Of a stretch of DNA of 64,000 bases, positions 1-10,737 are shown in pieces. The DNA is taken from the NCBI GenBank assembly GCA_002633005.1, contig NMRA01000025.1:537900-601899 (forward strand), written 5' to 3'. The stretch comes from Phoronis australis (lineage: Eukaryota > Animalia > Phoronida). The notes beneath the pieces were generated by a model, which had not been told where the DNA came from, did no database searches, and worked only from the letters and a program-made list of their open reading frames with translations. The position numbers and the translations under genes are program-made. Position 1 is the stretch's first letter. Each line of letters begins with the position of its first letter.

Positions 1-51
1 AATGTCGATCTGATGAGTTTGCATGACCTTGTGCGCCATTGCTTTATCGAA

Positions 52-153
52 TTTTGAAGTATCCAGATAATTTTGAAGTATCCAGATAATTTTGAAGTAT
101 CCAGATAATTTTGAAGTATCCAGATAATTTTGAAGTATCCAGATAATTTTGAA
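52..153. repeat. 19-bp minisatellite, about 5 copies
   Basis: Unit ttttgaagtatccagataa. Confidence 0.9.
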
Positions 154-519
154 AACTACAGTACTGTAGCTGTGACATTTTAAATAACTAGATAATTCAT
201 TGTTTTCTTGAGTAAAAGGTTGTTTCTTACATTCATGGAGAACATGACAAACAGAAACCATACGGAAAAAATCTAAAAAATTTAGGACACAATATAGCGA
301 CCAAGTGAAATGTCATTTTCTCAATCGTTCATAAAAAGACATGTAGCACCAAAACCAATGTTTTTCCATATCCAAACTCCGTATCACAGCTACCACAAGA
401 CAACATTTTGAAAAATTTATGGGCACACACAACAATCCTAGAAGCAAGTGGAAAATGAAGAGAAGGCAATTTTGACAATTATTTTTGTCTGAAATTGGTG
501 AGATTTTATTGAACAAGAA

Positions 520-616
520 GTATAGTCCCAGTCTGGTACTCCTGGTCCGGTACTCCTGGTCCAGTACTCCCTGTCCGGTACTCCCGGTCCGGTACTCCCA
601 GTTCGGTACTCCCAGT
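520..616. repeat. Short degenerate tandem repeat (ggtactcc core)
   Basis: Repeated ccggtactcc / cagtactcc units. Confidence 0.7.
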
Positions 617-695
617 CAACCACACAGAACAATTAGTAAAGCACATGCTCCATCTGAGTGTCTGCTCCACAGTACAAGACAAAAGTAATCAGACA

Positions 696-915
696 AAATA
701 ACATTTCCCCATAGTGACGGCTACTTCCGCTAACAGCAAAAACAACTAACATGGGATTCTAATTACAGAATGGCCAAGACACCTTGCTAACTTTCTTGTA
801 AATTCCCTTTCAAGTCAGTCACCAGGGGAGACTACTCTGACAATGAATTCTACTTCCGCCCAGTCATGACAGGGAATTACGAGTCATTTTCTCTGAATAT
901 TTTTGGCTCACACTG
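696..915 (-). repeat. Dispersed repeat with a TA-CAGT terminus (Tc1/mariner-like end); inverted homolog at 41787-42035
   Basis: ggggagactactctgaca / tgttagagtagtctcccc and gtcatgacagggaatta / taattccctgtcatgac are shared in inverse orientation. Confidence 0.6.
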
Positions 916-1002
916 TACCTGTCCTGTTACAGTAAGAGCAATCCTCCAATAGAAATTCAACGTCAACTTTTCAATCAGAATTACAGTTTAATAATCACTC
1001 AC

Positions 1003-4000
1003 TTGTAAGCAGTGTTATCTTCGGCGTCTGAGTCACTGTTGTCGCTGGGAACTTTAGTGTTTTCTGAAGGAAGATTCACAACATCACTGTTTGTGCATTT
1101 CAGCAACAGAGACCCATGTCAATTTTAACACTAATCTTGCACTTGCAGAAATGTCATAATTTCAACAGAAAATCAGATTCCTTTAAATTTCCTTCAACTT
1201 CACCACCAGGAGAATAGGTCATGTGTAGTTAAAAACCTGTGATGTTAAGTGACCTAGTCATAGATGACAGCATTATGACATCAACCCACAACAGTATTTG
1301 AACTGAGATATTGTGTACAATACGGAATAATACAACATCATGTCGCAGCACAGAAGGTCTATCAACTGTGGTCATCACTCACAAACTTTGATTATGAGGA
1401 GTGGAACTTTGCAAACTCTTTGAAAAACAAACAGTGTCAATTTTAATCAATCACTTTTGTCCAAATTCAATGTCAAGAGATTTTACTGTACATTAAACTC
1501 GTAAAATATTTGTAGTTTTTCTGCTTCAGTCTTTGTCATTATGGGTTTTTGTACTAAACATGAACAGCAGTAGAAAACCCATAAAGTGAATAATATGTTC
1601 ACACACAAAATGACACATTAGTAATAATCGTTTGTATGGAACCTACTCCTTCCTTTCTTGGCAACAGGGTCCAAATTCTTAGACTTCTTGGTTTTTGACG
1701 TCCTCTTTGAGCCTTTCTCTCGGTTTTCACTCTCAGAATCGTCAAGATTGAATGTTGACAGATCAAAGGAACACTGTTCTCCTGTGAATTGGTGAAAACA
1801 CACAATTAAGACATCTCTCTGATAGACAGATTTTGTATCTGCTCTTGAAGCTTATCTTTCAACATGAAACAAAACAGTGTTGTTCATAATGTAGACAAGC
1901 TTCAATCATGGAGGTTTTACTAAAAGCCAGTTTACATTTATTTATCAAGAAATTCCCTTCAACACTAGTGTTCAACATGAAATATGATATTCTGTCATGT
2001 TGATCAACACGAAATACAATACTCTCTCAACAATACCCTCTCTTCAATATTTCACTGCGTAACCTACACCCTCAACACTGTTGATAAACATGCCCAGACC
2101 TGCAACACCCTTGAGGAAAGTAGGTTTCTGTAGCTATTCCGTTGTGTGTTGAAAGGTAAACTTCAACAGAAGATACCAAATCAGACAGTCAGAGAGGTGT
2201 CTAGGTCAAGTGACAACACATAACAAACAAAATGTCAGCCTCCTTGAGTGAAAAATATGCCAGACATGCAAGGACTGAAGGCAAATATAGCATTGGAAGG
2301 CTTTGAATGGGATACTGGAAAAGTCAGACTTTTATCTGGAATCTAGAAGAATGGCCCTGCTTGTTCATGGCCTTGCATTTGTTGAATGAAACTCGTTGAT
2401 CAACAATGTTGAAATAGTACCATACTTCATACCAGTACCATACAACACTGTTGCAAGGAATTTATTGATAATGTCCAAATATCTACAAAAAGTACTTTGC
2501 AAAAGTTACCAAATTTCATTTGTACCCTACAGCATTAATTAAAGTTTAACGCTGGATAACAACAAAGGCATCACATTACCAGGCTGCTATTAGTGGACAA
2601 AGCTTTTGACATGAGGCAATAGTTAAAATTATCAAGAAGATAATTTCGATGTTTTATATAATCCAGTGCTGGTTAATAACTGGAGTATATACCGTACTCT
2701 AATTTCTTTGTATTTTCCCTCTCTGCTCTCCGCATTCATTTGCTTCAATTTTTTCTGCAGTTCATTGGAAAAATTCTCAAACTAAAAAATAATCAGTGAC
2801 TTTTGAAGAAAACACCTTTTTGACATAACTTTGACAAGACATAAGAATTCTGACAAGCTTTGCAATGCTTCACCTAGATCAAAACATATTGCAAGTGGGA
2901 TCCAGTGGTATTTGAATCCATGACCTTGACAAAAGGAGGTGGACACTCAATCCCTCCTCATGCCTAGAAGATACTCACTGACAGCTTTGTCGACAAGTGC
3001 CTTGTTGCAGCGTTCCTCTCGCTTGTATTTATTCTGTGAACAGAAAATATACTCAATGCAGCACTAAAACAGAGGACAGTGCAAAAGGACAGCATACAGT
3101 ACAGGCCAAAAGTATTTTGACAAAATGACCCAGAATTTCTCGTCAAGAAAGCTGGGCTGAAGTCTACCATAATTCAACGTCAGAACACCCTTCTCTCATG
3201 GCCAGAAATTTAGGAGAATTAACATGATAGTTAGTACAGAGACTAAGCCATTCCCTAATTAAAATTTAGGAGAATTAACATGAAATTTAGTACAGAGACC
3301 AAGCCATTCCCTAATTAAAATTTTCCCGACATAATGGTCATTTCCAGCCATTAAGTTGTTACCAGAATCAGCCGTCATGATGGGAACTGGTATTTTGTGA
3401 TTTCTTTAGTCTTGTATTGTACATCATGCTGCAGTGTTCACAAATTCTCGAGGCTTGTAACATTGTTCCACGAACAGTTTAGTAGAAAAGTAACAACACA
3501 GTTGTGCCACTTACTTTTTTACAGGCAGAAGGAAGTCTAAGATGTGATTGTGGGAAATTGTGCTATTCACAGAATTTTCCAGTGCAGCGTTCCATTGACA
3601 CGAGAACCTTGCAAAAAACGCGAAATCACTAGAGACTTCACGAGGTATCACCATGCATTGCAACCGCAGCACACTATCACAAAGCCTAACCTTAATCACG
3701 AGATTCTTGCGTCCATGCGGCTCAGCCCAGGCCACTCATCATTTTGCCATGCACAAGAGGAAGCCATTAACAAGAGGAACCCATTAACAAGAGGAACCCA
3801 TTAACAGGTCCAATAAACTAATCTTCAAACGAAGAAATTCTGCTACTCAAACTGAGAAGAGATTGCTAATCATGTATCATGTCGTCTTGGTTTCGTTTCT
3901 TTTTTCTACAATTATAAGTTGATTCAATGCTGACCTTCAATTCTGCACGAGATCGTTTGGGAAACAGGTTGCTCATCATGGAGAAGTCTGTCCCGACACA

Positions 4001-7000
4001 GCTCAGCGCCTTGAAAAACTTTGCTGTCTCTGAAAACACAACCAACATTTTAACCATTAGCCGCACACAGAACAAAAGAATGTGTGAACTGTTGGAGAAC
4101 ACATCAGTGATGGTTCAAAGCACCATGCAGTGCCTTAGTTGAAAACCATTGTTTTGGTGCTTTGGGGTGAAATCCACAGGTTTATTTGCATAGTACGAGG
4201 AGTTGGCATACTTCCTTATTGCAGATGATAAAGCCATGAGCCGACTGGAGCTCATTCATGACATCAACATGAAGATTCACCAAGGCTAAGTTATCAACAT
4301 GAAGATTCACCAATGCTAAGTTATCAACAAAAGTCATGAAGATTCCCCAATGCTATAAGTTATCAACATGAAGATTCACCAATGCTAAGTTATCAACATG
4401 AAAATTCACCAATGCTAAGTTATTAACATGAAGATTCACCAACGCTAAGTTATCAACATGAAGATTCACCAACGCTAAGTTATCAAAATGACGATTCACC
4501 AATGCTAAGTTATCAACATGAAGATTCACCAATGCTACGTTATCAACATGAACATTCACCAATGCTAAGTTGTTTTATTCAAGATTGAAGCTTGCCATTT
4601 CAGCTTGCCCTAATTGGTGCTGTGCGGGACTTCAAAGGGAAATCTCGCTGAGAACAGTTATTTTTACAGAAATTAGTAGTAGCTTGGAATCGAACCAACT
4701 AACTCCACAGTAGCAGCCCAACACTCTGACTTAGAGCAAAATCCTAGAGCTAAACAGTAGACAATTGTAAGTGTATTTATATGGTTGACACTGTCCTCAA
4801 TTTCAGAGATGTCAGGCAAGAACTGAACCAGGTGATTAGTAATGAACTAATAAAAACACAAGATAATCTGTTGCATTATAGCTTCGGTCTAAGGCAATAA
4901 CTTCAAGAAGGGTATCACAATGCGTCTTTTGGTCACAAAAATGATAATGTTGCTTTAAGGCTAAAACAAATTGAGACTCGCCATTATATATGCTGGCCTA
5001 TCGGCTACACTGACTGCAAGCCTGATAACATTGGGGTGTTGCCAAAAGACACATTTTGCAGGTGGGAATTTGAAAATTAAACACTAGCTTGAAGTTCGAT
5101 GCTAAAATCTATCAAGTGTAAGTTGTTTTAATACACAGGGATTATATGTGAAGTTTTGCTAATCAGTTCTCTTATGGATTCCCATAGTTAACAAGATGGA
5201 ATGTTAAAGTAAATAATTTATTTATAAGTCCGTTATTTGTTTTAACACACATTGACAACTATTTTGAACGAGTCAGCTGCAAAATGTGTACATTTCGCTT
5301 GGGAAGGATCACAGGAGACACATTATCTGTAGTTAATTATAACATTGACAATCAGTGGAAGCAGGAATACCTTTCTGTGTCCAACTCTTTGTTGATATCC
5401 GCTTTCTGAAGCTGGATGATGTGATTCGAGACTCTGTCTCATGAACGACATCCGAGTTGGACTCATAGATACACTTTGGTGGTGCGGTGTCAACCATGAG
5501 GCTGCAATATAACACACCTGGTATTGAAGATGGCTGCAGATTACAGTAATCATTCATGTTAACATTCACACTAGGCTGAATGGACACTCCAGAATATTCA
5601 ACAGCAGGGCTGCCTTCCTTAGTATTAACATTTGCCTTATTAATCGTCCACCCCAATAGAGGGTGGTGTGCTATTTGGTTTTACCAGAAATTAGCAATGT
5701 GTTGAATGCATGAATTGTAACCCATTCAACCTCCGAGGCCACGTTGTCAGAGTTTGAATTTTGCAGTAGCCAAAATTACTCACAACACCAAGATATTTTA
5801 CTGAAGACACTGAACAGCTTCTCAATGCCGAAATGTTACCTTTTGTACTGCTAGGCAGTAAAATAGATACCAGACTTTCCTGTCCAAATACACAATTCAG
5901 AAGCAGAGATTACTACATGAAGTAAGAAGTACTTTCTTTGAGAACTTCATCACAAAATATCAGAATTGCGAAGTTGTAGCCTATGTCTATGATCAAATAT
6001 AAGGTCTACAAATACCCACCTGTCCTCGTTCAGTATGATCTCTCCGTCTTCACCAATCTTCAGCTGAGGGGCCATCACAGTCTGATCTGTCTCATCCTGA
6101 TCCACATCATCGCTCTTTAGTGTCCTGGCTGCAGGGACTGCCGCAACGCCCACATCTCCCCCGTCGTCTGCCATCTTCCTCTTCTTCCTGGCATCGTCGG
6201 AGTTTCTGTAAAGGAAAATTATAAACAGCATGCCGTGCGTAATATAACAAGTTTTAACCTGATAAGATCCCAATAACTCAAAAGCGGAGGACTAGCAAGG
6301 TTAATCTCTGGCAACAAGTGGGAAGTGTACTTTAAGAAAGCGATATTGACATGAGCTTCAGATGGCAGGAGAGCATGGATCGTCATGGAAACGAACAGGT
6401 GAAATAGAATGGTAAAAGAAGACTTGAAATGATTACAATAATGAAATAAATGTCGTTTGGGATTGGGTGCCTTGGTGGAACATACAAACAGCAAATGCTT
6501 AAANAATTGCCACTAGGGGGCACACCGGTAGTCAGATCCGTCCGAAAGTTCGCACATGCCGTCCCATTCATGAATGGAACATATGTGCCAAATTTCATGA
6601 ACGTATGTCAAAGGGTTTTGGAGATAGAGCAGCGGACGCCGGACGCCGGACGGACGCCGCCCGGACAGAGATGACGGCATAATGCGTCCACATATAAATA
6701 TGTGGGCACATAAAAAACTAAAATTGCAACTCGGGGGCACACCGGTAGACCCATCAGTCCGAAAGTCGTCGTCGTCTGTTGTCAACTTTATATAAATACA
6801 TTTGCTAAATTTAATAAAGATCCTGTAGAGCATTTAGGAGATACAGCCATGGGCACAAACACTAACAAAACTGCCACTAGGAGGCACCACAGAAGTCGAA
6901 GTCATTGGAAAATCATCGTCAACTGTATTCTTCATAGTAAGACCATACATGCCAATTTTCACAATCATCCTTAGACTGATTCTGTTGTTAGAGGGGTGGA

Positions 7001-10000
7001 CGCCAAAAAAATGACTCGAAAATAGTAAAACTGGCCACTAGATGGTGCAAAATCCATCGAAGCAATCCAAAAACGAGAGGATAGCGTCAACTCATTAATA
7101 GATGCCTATATACCAAATTTCATGAAAATCGGTTACAGAGGCAAACGTAAAAAACTAAAATTGCCACTAGGGGGCACAGTGGTCCTTGGGTCGGTCCGAA
7201 ACTCGTCGACCCCATAGAAACACACCTGCCACATTTCAATACGATCCTGCATGGGGTTTAGGAGATACAGCCGCGGACGCCGGACGCCCAGACAGAGATG
7301 ACGGCAATATGCAACCACATATAAATATGTGGACCTATAAAAACGAATTTCAACGCTATGCTTACAAATTTCCCAAGAAGTTAAATCACAGGCAAAGTGA
7401 GAAGCTCCAATGGCAATCAAGTAGAAAAAGAACATTTGGTGCTAAACCGAAGGCTGTGTGAAATCCATAATACAATAACAGCTAAAAGTATTGCCTCAAA
7501 ATAACCAAGAATTCCCCGTTATGGCAGCTGCGCAGTAGCTGAATTCACCGTAACAGTAATCTTTCTTCATGACCGAAAATGAAGAAAAATTAACAGGCAA
7601 AAGTGGCTAAGCCATTTTCTTTTTAGAATTTTGTCACCTTGATGGTTATTTTTGCAGTTAAAAGAATTAGCCTTCAAAGTGGATAAAGGGTGTTTTGTCC
7701 GATTCCTTTGCCTTAAATGCCCAATTACAAAGTACAGTTGGTTTGCAAATAAGAAAAACATGACAACTTACAGAATTTAGTGGGTGAAATATGGAGAAGA
7801 CATCTAAATAAGCAATAGAAATCACTAACATTATTAATAAGTGAAGGGTCCACAGGTTACCATAGCTCAACCGACATTTCCAAACCTTTAGTTTTTGCAA
7901 AACAATCAATAAAATTGGTTTCAAAAAAATCTTGGAAATGCTAGTGCCCCACTTCAGATTTTTAAAAGACCCACGTGATTACACCCATCCTAAAGACCCA
8001 AGTGATTACATCCATCCTTACTTCATGGGATTACTTGTTGGGTTCCAGTAGATGAGATCTTTCATGGTCATCTTACTTTTATCCGGGGGCTCGGCACTCC
8101 GCGCTACCTTTTTCCTCCTTCTTGTCTTCACTGGTGCCTAAATAAAAAAGAATTCTCAAAAATTTTAAATTTTACCAAGAAGACAACAATTTCTCCAAAT
8201 ACGCCAAAAATGATGTTTTAAGTCCACGAGCTGTTTTGTTAAGCTTAAACAAACTTTTTAAAACCTTTTTCTGATGCTTGAATGTTGGAAAACTCAAAAT
8301 TATTTTGTTGAAAATATACTTACCGGTACAATCTTACTTGATCTATTTGTTGCAGTTTGAAGTTGTAGAAATATCAATTAACACAAATGCAGGGTTTTTT
8401 TGTTTACATTTTTGTCGAAGGAACTAAACAAACAACACAATGAACGTTGTTGAGTCTAAATCATTGCACAGAAACACTAAAACTTACAGGTAGTAAATTA
8501 GTGTAGCATATATGTACACCTAGCAAGATTAGTGACAGTTAGTGACTCTGACCATGGAAATGTTCATACACAGTTAATTTAAAGCTGGTAAAAGTATTAC
8601 CTATAACTTATTTCATATATCTACAAGAACTCTCCTCTCAGTTTCATTATTCATTCAACATTACGACTAAACAAGGAAATACAACATACAAGGAAAAACA
8701 AGGAAATACACACCCAGAAAAAAATACTCATGTGAAAAACAAATTAAGTGACAATATCATTGTTATCAAGACGGTCTACTGTTATGTATTATCATTTATC
8801 ACTCTCATCATCATTATCAATATCATTATTATTATTATTATTATTATTANNNNNNNNNNNNNNNNNNNNNNNNNNNNNNNNNNNNNNNNNNNNNNNNNNN
8901 NNNNNNNNNNNNNNNNNNNNNNNNNNNNNNNNNNNNNNNNNNNNNNNNNNNNNNNNNNNNNNNNNNNNNNNNNNNNNNNNNNNNNNNNNNNNNNNNNNNN
9001 NNAGCGTCAACTCATTAATAGATGCCTATATACCAAATTTCATGAAAATCGGTTGAAGACGTAAACGTAAAAAACTAAAATTGCCACTAGGGGGCACAGT
9101 GGTACTTGGGTCGCTCCGAAACTCGTCCACCCCATAGAAACACACCTGCCACATTTCAATACGATCCTGCATGGGGTTTAGGAGATACAGCCGCGGACGC
9201 CGGACGCCCAGACAGAGATGACGGCAATATGCGACCACATATAAATATGTGTACCTATAAAAACGAATTTCAACGCTATGCTTACAAATTTCCCAAGAAG
9301 TTAAATCACAGGCAAAGTGAGAAGCTCCAATAGCAATCAAGTAGAAAAAGAATATTTGGTGCTAAACCGAAGGCTGTGTGAAATCCATAATACAATAACA
9401 GCTAAAAGTATTGCGACAAAATAACCAAGAATTCCCCGTTATGGCGGATGCGCAGTAGCTGAATTCACCGTAAGAGCAATCTTTCTTCATGACCGAGAAT
9501 GAAGAAAAATTAACAGGCAAAAGTGGCTAAGCCATTTTCTTTTTAGAATTTTGTCACCTTGATGGTTATTTTTGCAGTTAAAAGAATTAGCCTTCAAAGT
9601 GGATAAAGGGTGTTTTGTCCGATTCCTTTGCCTTAAATTCCCAATTACAAAGTACAATTGGTTTGCAAATAAGAAAAACACGACAACTTACAGAATTTAG
9701 TGTGTGAAACATGAAGAAGACATCTAAATAGAAATCACTAACATTATTAATAAGTGAAAGGTCCACAGGTTACCATACCTCATCCGACATTTCCAAACCT
9801 TTAGTTTTTGCAAAACAATCAATAAAATTGGTTTCAAAAAAATCTTGGAAATGCTAGTGCCCCTCTTCAGATTTTTAAAAGACCCACGCGATTACATCCA
9901 TCCTTACTTCATGGGATTACTTGTTGGGTTCCAGTAGATGAGATCTTTCATGGTCATCTTACTTTTATCCGGGGGCTCAGCACTCCGCGCTACCTTTTTC

Positions 10001-10701
10001 CTCCTTCTTGTCTTCACTGGTGCCTAAATAAAAAGAATTCTCAAAAATTTGAAATTTTACCAAGAAGACAAGAATTTCTCCAAAAACGCCAAAAATGATG
10101 TTTTAAGTCCACGAGCTGTTTTGTTAAGCTTAAACAAACTTTTGAATTTTCTGATGCTTGAATGTTGGAAAACTCAAAATTATTTTGTTGAAAATATACT
10201 TACCGGTACAATCTTACTTGATCTATTTGTTGCAGTTTGAAGTTGTAGAAATATCAATTAACACAAATGCAGGGTTTTTTGTTTACATTTTTGTCGAAGG
10301 AACTAAACAAACAACGCAATGAACGTTGTTGAGTCTAAATCATTGCACAGAAACACTAAAACTTACAGGTAGTAAAATAGTGTAGCATATATGTACACCT
10401 AGCAAGATTAGTGACAGTTAGTGACTCTGACCATGGAAATGTTCATACACAGTTAATTTAAAGCTGGTAAAAGTATTACCTATAACTTATTTCATATATC
10501 TACAAGAACTCTCCTCTCAGTTTCATTATTCATTCAACATTACGACTAAACAAGGAAATACAACATACAAGGAAAAACAAGGAAATACACACCCAGAAAA
10601 AAATACTCATGTGAAAAACAAATCAAGTGACAATATCATTGTTATCAAGACGGTCTACTGTTATGTATTATCATTTATCACTCTCATCATCATTATCAAT
10701 A

Positions 10702-10737
<36 letters not shown>

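Noticed and set aside
4353-4562. Repetitive ORF (VNLHVDNLAL)n
   Set aside because: It is a translation of a 30-bp intronic minisatellite.
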